The position numbers and the translations under genes were made by a program. A stretch of 64,000 bases of DNA from Roseibacillus sp. (GTDB taxonomy: Bacteria > Verrucomicrobiota > Verrucomicrobiia > Verrucomicrobiales > Akkermansiaceae), in NCBI GenBank assembly GCA_051251855.1, contig JBPOGI010000004.1, positions 96,001-160,000 on the forward strand. The letters are read 5' to 3'. This document shows, one piece after another, positions 10,441-18,299 of the stretch. Position 1 is the first letter of the stretch. Each line of letters opens with the position of its first letter. The notes below the pieces were generated by a model. It saw nothing but the letters and a program-made list of their open reading frames with translations, was not told the DNA's origin and made no database searches.

Positions 10441-10503
10441 GGAGAGGCGACCTTTACTGTCGCCTGCTAGAACCTCCGGCGGCAATAAAGGCCGCCGCTC
10501 CAT
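10441..10503. repeat. REP doublet copy C (63 bp, identical to 21213-21275)
   Basis: ggagaggcgacctttactgtcgcctgctagaacctccggcggcaataaaggccgccgctccat. Confidence 0.9.
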
Positions 10504-10619
10504 CACTCCTCCCCCAGTCTCTTTAATCCGTTACCTCCGCTTTTAGATTTCACCCCACTCAAAAAGCACTTATCCTCAGTCCGTGCCTCTTCGTCAAAAA
10601 ATCGACAGGTCCTCAAACG

Positions 10620-11225
10620 ATGATTTTAGAAAACAAACTCCAGCTCGCTGACCAAGCCGCACTCGCAAGAGCAGAGGAAGAAATCAGCAAGCGAAAAGCG
10701 AAACAACTCTTCGATTCAGGGGACATCCAAAACGTGGAAGTCGGCACCTATTCTGGGCTCGCCTTCATCCATCAATATCTCTTTGAAGATATCTACTTTT
10801 TCGCCGGAAAACTCAGAGAGGTCAACATGGCCAAAGGCAACTTTCGCTTTGCTTCCGTCATGTTCTTAAAAGCGAGCCTCGAGAACATCGACCAAATGCC
10901 GCAAAGCACCTTTGAGCAGATTGTCGAAAAATACGTCGAAATGAACGTCGCCCACCCCTTCCGTGAAGGCAACGGCAGAGCCACCCGAATCTGGCTCGAC
11001 CTCATCTTCAAAAAAGAACTGCAGCAAGTCATCGATTGGAACCAAATCGACAAAGAAGACTACCTCATGGCAATGGAACGCAGCGTGGTGAAAGACCTCG
11101 AGATCAAACATCTCCTCAAGAACGCCCTCACCGCCAAAATCAACGACCGCGAAGTCTACCTCAAAGGCATCGACGTCAGCTACTACTACGAAGGCTACAC
11201 CACCTTCAAAGCCGACGAGCTCTAA
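10620..11225 (+). CDS. fic: Class III Fic protein (NmFic-like adenylyltransferase)
   Basis: HPFREGNGRATR Fic motif; C-terminal autoinhibitory SYYYEG (S/TxxxEG). Confidence 0.9.
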   Translation: MILENKLQLADQAALARAEEEISKRKAKQLFDSGDIQNVEVGTYSGLAFIHQYLFEDIYFFAGKLREVNMAKGNFRFASVMFLKASLENIDQMPQSTFEQIVEKYVEMNVAHPFREGNGRATRIWLDLIFKKELQQVIDWNQIDKEDYLMAMERSVVKDLEIKHLLKNALTAKINDREVYLKGIDVSYYYEGYTTFKADEL

Positions 11226-11244
11226 CAAGCCACAGCCATCGTCA

Positions 11245-11309
11245 CGGAGCACGGACATTCCTGTCCGTGAATTTCCCTACGGAGCGGCGACCTTTACTGT
11301 CGCCTGCTA
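11245..11309. repeat. REP-like cluster copy D
   Basis: cggagcacggacattcctgtccgtg...ggagcggcgacctttactgtcgcc. Confidence 0.85.
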
Positions 11310-11390
11310 CAGCCTCACTCCAAATTCAGTTGTCCAAAAATTTAGGATAACTGCCGCCCCTTTCCCCAACAAAAAAGCGCCCGTTACTCT

Positions 11391-11440
11391 AGCGGACGCC
11401 TCGGCCCTGATTTCACCCGGGGGAACCGAGACGTCCCTAC
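11391..11440 (-). repeat. GTAG-type REP-like hairpin
   Basis: Minus strand GTAGGGACGTCTCGG...CCGAGGCGTCCG inverted repeat. Confidence 0.55.
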
Positions 11441-11456
11441 CGCAATCCACCCACAG

Positions 11457-11545
11457 TGGAGCAGGGACATTCCTGTCCATGAATTCCCCCACGGAGCGGC
11501 GACCTTTACTGTCGCCCCCACCGTTCCGTCAAAACCCCAGCGGCA
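11457..11545. repeat. REP-like cluster copy E
   Basis: tggagcagggacattcctgtccatg...ggagcggcgacctttactgtcgcccccacc...cgtcaaaacccc; closely matches copy A. Confidence 0.85.
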
Positions 11546-11595
11546 TCATCAGTCACCATTCACCACTTCCCATTCACCATTCAAAACTCCTCCTC

Positions 11596-11739
11596 GTCCC
11601 AGCAGGACAGCCAGAAGGGAGCCCCGTGGAAGCGGCTCCGGAGCGCACCTTGGGGATTCCCCCGCAACAAATAAAGAGAGCAATCGTGCGATTCCAATTC
11701 CAAAAACCAGCCCACCCGCAGCGACCCGGAAAAACCCCG
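11596..11739. repeat. ~140-bp non-coding element, copy 2
   Basis: Aligns with 8916-9044, with an extra ~12-nt palindromic insert (gctccggagc). Confidence 0.8.
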
Positions 11740-11908
11740 CAACAGCGAAAGCCCTCCGACAACTCCCTCACCTTCAACCCGGCTACCCCGATATAGTCTG
11801 GGCTCCACACAACTTAACCCGCCATGGCCGCTTTTAGGATTCACCCACCTCCAAAACCCTCTACCCTCGCCCCACACCACCGAAGAATACCACTCTCTTC
11901 CCAAACCC

Positions 11909-13477
11909 ATGTCCGAAGACCACAAAAAGAACCTCGAATCCCGTCTCTGGGACATCGCGAACACCCTGCGCGGGAAAATGGGGGCCGATGAATTCCGGGA
12001 CTACATCCTGGGCTTCATCTTCTACAAATACCTCTCCGAGCGCATGCACCTCTTCGCCGATGAGATCCTCGTCAACGATGGCCTCAAATTCGACGCCATC
12101 GATGAGTCCAGCAAAGAAGGAAAAGAGATGCTCGCGGCCATCGAGGAAGAATCGGTGGAACGCCTCGGGTATTTTCTCAAGCCTTCCGAGCTCTTCCATC
12201 GCCTGGCTCAGAAAGGCGCGCAGAAGAGCGACAACTTCATCATCGAAGACCTCGGCAGCATCCTCAAGCACATCGAGGGCAGCACCATGGGGCACGACAG
12301 TGAAGAGGACTTCGAGGGACTGTTCGAGGATCTCGACCTCGCTTCCTCCAAATTGGGAAAAAGCGAGAACCAGAAGAACGAGCTCATTGCTAAAGTCCTC
12401 GTCCACCTCGACCAAATCGACTTCCGTCTGCAAGATACCGAGGCCGATGTCTTGGGCGATGCATACGAATACCTCATCGGACAGTTCGCCAGTGGCGCGG
12501 GCAAGAAGGCGGGCGAGTTCTACACTCCGCAAGAGGTCAGCACCATTCTCGCCAAAATCGTCACCACCGGAAAAACCAGCCTCAAGAGCGTTTACGATCC
12601 CACCTGCGGTTCTGGGTCCTTGCTCTTGCGGGTGGCCAAGGAAGTCGAGGAAGTGGATGGCTACTACGGGCAGGAAATGAACCCCACCACCTACAACCTC
12701 GCCCGCATGAACATGATTCTGCACGGGGTCCACTACCAACGCTTCGACCTCCGCAACGAGGACACCCTGGAGCATCCCGCCCCCGAGCATGCCGACCTGC
12801 GCTTCGAGGCCATCGTCGCCAACCCACCCTTCTCCGCCAAGTGGTCCGCGAGCACCATTCACGAGAATGACGACCGCTTTAGTAGTTACGGCAAGCTCGC
12901 GCCCAAGACCAAAGCCGACTTCGCCTTCGTGCAACACATGGCCCATCACCTCGATAGTGGAGCGACCATGGCCTGCGTCCTCCCGCACGGAGTCCTCTTT
13001 CGCGGTGCTGCCGAGGGACACATCCGCCGCTACCTCATCGAGGATTGCAACTGGCTCGACGCCGTCATCGGTCTCCCTCCGAACATTTTCTACGGCACCG
13101 GCATCCCGACCTGCATTCTCGTTCTCAAGAAACAACGCGAGAACCCCGACGACATCCTCTTCATCGACGCCAGCCAAGGCTTCACCAAAGAAGGCAACCA
13201 AAACTACCTCAAGCCAGAGGACATAAACCGCATCGTCACCACCTACCGCGAACGAACGAATAACGAAAAATTCAGCCACGTCGCCGAACTGAGCGAAGTC
13301 GCCGAAAACGACTACAACCTCAACATCCCCCGCTACGTCGACACCTTCGAAGAAGAAGAGGCGGTTGATTTGGCAGAGGTCTCAGAGAAACTGGTCGCCT
13401 TGGATAAAGAAATGGGCGAAACAGACAAGGTAATCGCAGGGTTTTGTGAGGAACTGGGAATCAAGGCACCGTTCTAA
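11909..13477 (+). CDS. hsdM: Type I restriction-modification methyltransferase subunit
   Basis: LWDIANTLRG, GEFYTPQEV, motif I DPTCGSGSLL, motif IV NPPF, LPHGVLFRG, YNLNIPRYV. Confidence 0.97.
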   Translation: MSEDHKKNLESRLWDIANTLRGKMGADEFRDYILGFIFYKYLSERMHLFADEILVNDGLKFDAIDESSKEGKEMLAAIEEESVERLGYFLKPSELFHRLAQKGAQKSDNFIIEDLGSILKHIEGSTMGHDSEEDFEGLFEDLDLASSKLGKSENQKNELIAKVLVHLDQIDFRLQDTEADVLGDAYEYLIGQFASGAGKKAGEFYTPQEVSTILAKIVTTGKTSLKSVYDPTCGSGSLLLRVAKEVEEVDGYYGQEMNPTTYNLARMNMILHGVHYQRFDLRNEDTLEHPAPEHADLRFEAIVANPPFSAKWSASTIHENDDRFSSYGKLAPKTKADFAFVQHMAHHLDSGATMACVLPHGVLFRGAAEGHIRRYLIEDCNWLDAVIGLPPNIFYGTGIPTCILVLKKQRENPDDILFIDASQGFTKEGNQNYLKPEDINRIVTTYRERTNNEKFSHVAELSEVAENDYNLNIPRYVDTFEEEEAVDLAEVSEKLVALDKEMGETDKVIAGFCEELGIKAPF

Positions 13478-14712
13478 TGCTTCGCTTCATTAAAGAAAAA
13501 TCCGGACTTCCTTCGTTAAGATTTCAAGTAGGAAAAAAGCCTTTCGATCGAAAAAGACTTGCTGAAATCGCTTCAAAGAAAATTTCATATGGAATTGTTC
13601 AAGCTGGAGAACATGTGCCGGGCGGGATGCCGTATATTAAGAGTCAGGATTTAAACGGCCCCCTGACCCTTGAAAGACTTGAACGAACTTCAGCTGAGAT
13701 AGCTAAAAAATACAGACGGTCAGAAGTTGAACCTGGAGACATCGTTTTCTCACTGCGTGGTAATATCGGTGTTGCCCAAATTGTACCGAAGTCGATTGCT
13801 GCTTCGAATTTAACGCAAGGAACCGCTCGGATTTCCGTTGGCGACGACTACAACAAATATATTAATTGTGCGCTGCAATCTTCGGATATTTCTAGGCAGG
13901 TCGAAGCCTACGCTAAGGGTAGCACTTTTCGCGAAATCTCTCTCGAAGATTTACGCAAAGTTAGTGTCGCGATTCCAACCCTCCCCGAACAGCGGAAGAT
14001 TGCGGATTTCTTGACGGCGGTGGATGGGCGGATTGGGCAACTGCTCCAAAAGAAAGCCCTGCTGGAGGACTACAAGAAAGGCGTGATGCAACAACTCTTC
14101 ACCCAAGCCCTGCGCTTCAAAGACGACCACGACAACGACTTCCCCGATTGGGAGGAGAATAATTTGGGGGAGATAGCTTCGTTTTCCAAGGGAAGTGGAA
14201 TTTCCAAAGCTGAGGTTCATGAAGACGGAGCGACTCCATGCATTCGTTATGGTGAGCTTTACACTCACTACTCTGAACTTATCGGAGAAGTAAAATCTTG
14301 GACAAATGTAGATGCAAAGCAATTGGTGATGAGCCAGCAAAACGACGTGATCATCCCAGCATCGGGAGAAACTCATATCGACATTGCGACTGCCTCTTGC
14401 GTGATGGAAGCAGGTATTGCTCTCGGCGGTGACCTCAACATTATCCGAGCAAAGACCAACGGTGTATTCTTAGCCTACTATCTCAACAACGCCATGAAAC
14501 ACGCGATCGCAGGTATGGCTCAAGGAAGCTCTGTAATTCATCTGTATCCTGCCCAACTCAAGCTGCTTAAGCTCTTGGTTCCCTCCCTCCCCGAACAAAC
14601 CAAAATCGCCAATTTCCTCTCCGCCCTCGACCGCAAGATCGAAAGCGTCGCCACCCAAATCACCGAGACCCAAACCTTCAAACGCGGCCTCCTCCAGCAA
14701 ATGTTCGTTTGA
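13477..14712 (+). CDS. hsdS: Type I restriction-modification specificity subunit
   Basis: Two TRDs each followed by P.LPEQ.KIA.FL conserved helices; KKGVMQQLF and KRGLLQQMFV; TAATG overlap with hsdM. Confidence 0.95.
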   Translation: MLRFIKEKSGLPSLRFQVGKKPFDRKRLAEIASKKISYGIVQAGEHVPGGMPYIKSQDLNGPLTLERLERTSAEIAKKYRRSEVEPGDIVFSLRGNIGVAQIVPKSIAASNLTQGTARISVGDDYNKYINCALQSSDISRQVEAYAKGSTFREISLEDLRKVSVAIPTLPEQRKIADFLTAVDGRIGQLLQKKALLEDYKKGVMQQLFTQALRFKDDHDNDFPDWEENNLGEIASFSKGSGISKAEVHEDGATPCIRYGELYTHYSELIGEVKSWTNVDAKQLVMSQQNDVIIPASGETHIDIATASCVMEAGIALGGDLNIIRAKTNGVFLAYYLNNAMKHAIAGMAQGSSVIHLYPAQLKLLKLLVPSLPEQTKIANFLSALDRKIESVATQITETQTFKRGLLQQMFV

Positions 14713-14766
14713 TAAACCGCTTTCCAGCTCTCACAAATTCCCTAGAAAAGCGCATTGAAACGCCAA

Positions 14767-14792
14767 ATAATATTGAAAATCGTCAATATTAT
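14767..14792. promoter_or_regulatory. Palindromic operator candidate
   Basis: Perfect ATAATATTGA-N6-TCAATATTAT ending 17 bp before the ATPase ATG. Confidence 0.55.
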
Positions 14793-14809
14793 GTCACTTT
14801 CACCTCGTA

Positions 14810-16012
14810 ATGCTCCTTAGATACTCTGCAGAGAATTTTTATTCGTTCCTCGAAAGAGTCGATGTTGATTTCTCAATTAGTGCTCAGGCTGGAAACCGAG
14901 CCGGTATGATCCAGTCTGAAACTGGGCAAAACGTGAATTCAGTGATCGGTGTTTTTGGGGCCAATGCCTCGGGAAAAACGAATCTCCTCAAACCACTCGG
15001 CTTCCTCTCTTGGTTCGTCCTAGAGTCCGCCCGCAGGAAGCCTGACTCGAAGATTCTTTACGAGCCCTTTGCCTTCACGGAAGACACCGACACCCCTACA
15101 AAACTAGAACTGGAATTTGAGTTTAAGGGTGGGCGCTACCGCTACGAGCTGGACCTGCTTGGGAATCTTGTCAGTCGAGAAGCCCTTTACCGGAAGAAGA
15201 CCCGCTTCTCTTACCTCTTTGAACGCCATCGAAATCTAGAGTCCGGAGAATACGACTTTAAAGCGCAGGATCTGGGCTCAGTGGCCTCGGTGCCTCTACG
15301 CTCAAATGCCTCATGGATCTCTTCAGCCCTTCTCCAAGAGCATGAACTCGCAACTCAGCTGCGACCGTTCTTCGAAAGTATCCATGGCAACCTTGGGCCC
15401 GACGGACGTCTCCCGACTCACGACGCCGAAACCGTCAATGTCTTCGAAGCCGCCGAATACTTTCAAAAGAATCCCGGAACTCTTACCCACGTTTCCACTC
15501 TCCTTGCAGACTTTGACTTAGGGCTTTCCGAGGTTCGAATTCAGAACGGAAAAATGCTGGATAAAGACGGTCAGGAAGAAGAAGTCTCCTTTCCCGTCGC
15601 AGTCCATCAGCCCGACGGGAAAGATTACTTGCGAGTCCTGATGCAAGAGTCGCGAGGAACGCAAGCACTCTTTGTTCTCCTTCGCTACCTTCTCCCTGTT
15701 CTCGAGAAAGGTGGTACTGCCTTTATCGATGAATTTGAATCCGGCCTCCACCCTCATATGGTTCGTCGCATCCTCGAGCTATTTTTCAATCCCGCCACCA
15801 ACCCCAAACAGGCGCAACTCATCGCAACCTTTCATACCGACTTCCTCCTTCGTGATACCTTGCACAAGTATCAAATCTATTTTGCCGAGAAGGACGAAAC
15901 CTTGGGAACCGATGCTTACCGGCTCGACAACCTCAAAGGAGTTCGAAATGTCGACAACGTCTACGATAAGTATCATGCCGGAACCTATGGCGGCATTCCG
16001 TGCCTACCCTAA
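14810..16012 (+). CDS. ABC-type/AAA_21 ATPase (RloA/AbiLi-like)
   Basis: ENFYSF N-terminus, Walker A GANASGKTN, signature-like ESRGT, Walker B AFIDEFESGLHP, QLIATFH, C-terminal Y..G.YGGIP. Confidence 0.9.
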   Translation: MLLRYSAENFYSFLERVDVDFSISAQAGNRAGMIQSETGQNVNSVIGVFGANASGKTNLLKPLGFLSWFVLESARRKPDSKILYEPFAFTEDTDTPTKLELEFEFKGGRYRYELDLLGNLVSREALYRKKTRFSYLFERHRNLESGEYDFKAQDLGSVASVPLRSNASWISSALLQEHELATQLRPFFESIHGNLGPDGRLPTHDAETVNVFEAAEYFQKNPGTLTHVSTLLADFDLGLSEVRIQNGKMLDKDGQEEEVSFPVAVHQPDGKDYLRVLMQESRGTQALFVLLRYLLPVLEKGGTAFIDEFESGLHPHMVRRILELFFNPATNPKQAQLIATFHTDFLLRDTLHKYQIYFAEKDETLGTDAYRLDNLKGVRNVDNVYDKYHAGTYGGIPCLP

Positions 16013-16554
16013 TCCCCACCCCTGAACCGGTGTCTCGCTCTAACCCTTACAAAAAGAAACCGCGAACAACCCGCGCCACAGCACAAATCGTGGTCGAAGG
16101 ATTCACGGAGGAAGCTTTCTGTAAGTATTTGAAGAGCCTTTACGCAAGAGATTGCGGAGTCGGCGTCGAGATTCACAATGCTCGTGGCGGGTCCCCCACC
16201 GATATCGTTCGCTCAGCTCTGAAACGAAAAGGGTTTGATCGAACCTTCCTTGTCTACGATACCGATGTTTCACTCCCAAAAAGTTGGGCTGCAAAATCAC
16301 AGGCTGCGAAACAAATTGCGGTGACCTCAACTCCCTGTATCGAAGCTCTCTTTCTTGAGCTTCTGGCTGCTCCCATTCCAACGACCTCTAGCTCATGCAA
16401 GAAGGCTTTTTCAAAGCACCTCAGTGACACAGAAAAGTTTCTGCCGAAATCATACGCGAAGATTTTTTTCAGAAGAGTTCTTAACTCAGAGCGAACACCC
16501 TTCGCTCGTCCTGCTCCGCTCAGCTTTCAACAAATAGAGCTAGGTCAGAGCTAG
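16000..16554 (+). CDS. RloB-like TOPRIM-domain protein (putative nuclease/effector)
   Basis: IVVEGFTEE and YDTD (TOPRIM E and DxD), STPCIEALFL matching the RloB SNPCFE.W motif; overlaps ATPase stop. Confidence 0.75.
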   Translation: MPTLIPTPEPVSRSNPYKKKPRTTRATAQIVVEGFTEEAFCKYLKSLYARDCGVGVEIHNARGGSPTDIVRSALKRKGFDRTFLVYDTDVSLPKSWAAKSQAAKQIAVTSTPCIEALFLELLAAPIPTTSSSCKKAFSKHLSDTEKFLPKSYAKIFFRRVLNSERTPFARPAPLSFQQIELGQS

Positions 16555-16577
16555 TAAAATTTCAAACCAACGAACAA

Positions 16578-16934
16578 GTGAAAGCCCTCTCGACAGCTCA
16601 AGAACACAAGAACGCCCTGCGCGATTTAGAGGCGCTCATGGTGAGCGATCCTCCTGAAGGGTCTGATGAGGACAAGACTATCGATCTCCTTGCGGACGTA
16701 ATCTCGGACTATGAAAAACGCACGGTGACTCTTCCGAAGATTTCTCCAGCAGAATTGATCCGCTGCGTGATGGAGAACCGGGGTCTTAAACAGGAAGACT
16801 TGATACCCTTTATTGGTTCGGAGACGCGCGTGTCAGAGTTCTTGACCGGCAAGAGCGAGCTCACTCTTGAGATGGGCCAAGCCCTCGCCCAGGAACTCCG
16901 CGTTCCGCTAAATGCTCTCTATCAAGAGCACTAG
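16578..16934 (+). CDS. HigA-like antitoxin/XRE HTH regulator (no adjacent HigB)
   Basis: LLADVISDYEK, PAELIR..ME.RGLKQEDL..FIGS..RVSEFL.GK..LT pattern typical of HigA-type HTH proteins. Confidence 0.8.
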   Translation: MKALSTAQEHKNALRDLEALMVSDPPEGSDEDKTIDLLADVISDYEKRTVTLPKISPAELIRCVMENRGLKQEDLIPFIGSETRVSEFLTGKSELTLEMGQALAQELRVPLNALYQEH

Positions 16935-16951
16935 GAATGGCTCGAAGAGAT

Positions 16952-17072
16952 TGACCCATCAGTTGACTCACTATTGACTCACTTTCAGTCAAATATGAGC
17001 CACAAGAGTGGTTTCGCCTCATCATTGAGCCACAAAACAACTTTAAAATCATTTTGGACTCATTTTGATTCA
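16952..17072. promoter_or_regulatory. Array of TGA-NY-CA heptamers
   Basis: tgaccca 16952, tgactca 16964 and 16975, tgagcca 16996 and 17026, ggactca 17056, tgattca 17066. Confidence 0.5.
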
Positions 17073-17103
17073 CAAGCTCGGTAACCTCCCCACAGACCAT
17101 CGC

Positions 17104-17210
17104 GTAAAGATTTCAGAGTAATCTTTACACTTTGTTTTCATTATGGTAAGAAAAACGCGATTTCTTTACGTCACGCTCCCCAAGTGACCAGAAAATCGTG
17201 ATTTTTTAAC
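17104..17210. promoter_or_regulatory. Three related inverted repeats upstream of the Fic-HTH gene
   Basis: Perfect GTAAAGATT-N7-AATCTTTAC (17104-17128); degenerate copies at 17146-17169 and 17184-17210. Confidence 0.55.
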
Positions 17211-17220
17211 ATCTCAACCC

Positions 17221-18297
17221 ATGGCCAGCCTCTCTCCGCTTCCACTTCCTGAATTCTCTCGGCTTGATTCGGGGGCGATTTGGCAGGCCTTGCTGGCGGC
17301 GCATCGCGATCTGGCGGAGCTGAAAGGGCTTTGTGCTTCCCTACCCAATCCCAGCATCCTCCTCGAAACCCTCTCCATTCAGGAAGCGAAAGATAGCTCC
17401 GAGATCGAGAACATCATTACCACTCACGATGAACTCTTTGCCTCTCAGGTCGATCCGGCCGTTGGGGTGGCGGCGAAAGAGGTGCAGCATTATTTGTCGG
17501 CTTTGAAGGTGGGCTATGCCGAAGTGCAGCAGAGTGGTCTCATTCGGTTAGAGACCATCCTCGCCGTGCAGGCGGAAATCGAACAAAACAGAGCGGGTCT
17601 GCGCCAGGTCCCCGGCACGGTCTTGCGCAACGAGGTCACTGGGGAAACGGTGTTCGAACCGCCCCAAGACGGTGCCGAAGTGGCGTCGTTGATGGCCAAC
17701 TTGATCGACTTTATCCATTCCGAGGATGACCTCGATCCCCTGCTCCGGATGGCGATTGTTCATCATCAGTTTGAGAGCATTCACCCTTTTTACGATGGCA
17801 ACGGACGCACCGGGCGCATCCTCAATATTCTGATGCTCATTCGCGACGACCTCTTGGAGCTGCCTATTCTTTATCTCAGCCGTTACATCAATCAGACGAA
17901 GTCAGACTACTACCAACTCTTGCAAACTGTTCGAGAAGAGAACCGCTGGGAGCAGTGGTGCATCTACCTGCTCAAAGGAATCTCGCTCGCGGCTCGCAGT
18001 GAGCTTGCGCTCATCAAGGAGCTCAGGGATTTGATGCAGGCGGTGAAAATCAAACTCCGTGACGAGTTCCCCAAGTTCTACAGTCAGGACCTCCTCAACA
18101 ACCTCTTCCGCTATCCCTATACCAAGATCGAGTTTATCGAGAGAGAGCTCGGGGTCTCCCGCCCGACTGCGACGAAGTATCTCAATCTCCTCGTGGACTC
18201 CGGCTATCTGGAGAAGCAGAAAATCGGTCGCACCAACTTCTTTATCAACCGTCCTCTTTTCCGCCTGCTCACCACCATCACTCTCCCTAGCTCCTAG
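17221..18297 (+). CDS. Class II Fic protein with C-terminal winged HTH (SoFic-like)
   Basis: N-terminal inhibitory SSEIEN, HPFYDGNGRTGR, C-terminal LGVSRPTATKYLNLL..GYL HTH. Confidence 0.9.
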   Translation: MASLSPLPLPEFSRLDSGAIWQALLAAHRDLAELKGLCASLPNPSILLETLSIQEAKDSSEIENIITTHDELFASQVDPAVGVAAKEVQHYLSALKVGYAEVQQSGLIRLETILAVQAEIEQNRAGLRQVPGTVLRNEVTGETVFEPPQDGAEVASLMANLIDFIHSEDDLDPLLRMAIVHHQFESIHPFYDGNGRTGRILNILMLIRDDLLELPILYLSRYINQTKSDYYQLLQTVREENRWEQWCIYLLKGISLAARSELALIKELRDLMQAVKIKLRDEFPKFYSQDLLNNLFRYPYTKIEFIERELGVSRPTATKYLNLLVDSGYLEKQKIGRTNFFINRPLFRLLTTITLPSS

Positions 18298-18299
18298 CC

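Noticed and set aside
8785..11545. Repeats as a CRISPR array or integron attC sites
   Set aside because: Irregular spacing, whole genes between units, no cas or intI, no RYYYAAC/GTTRRRY ends
11479..11964. Short ORFs in the fic-hsdM spacer
   Set aside because: They run through repeat elements and have low-complexity translations
11861..13279. 472-aa minus-strand ORF
   Set aside because: Antisense shadow of hsdM with no motifs; expected from codon bias
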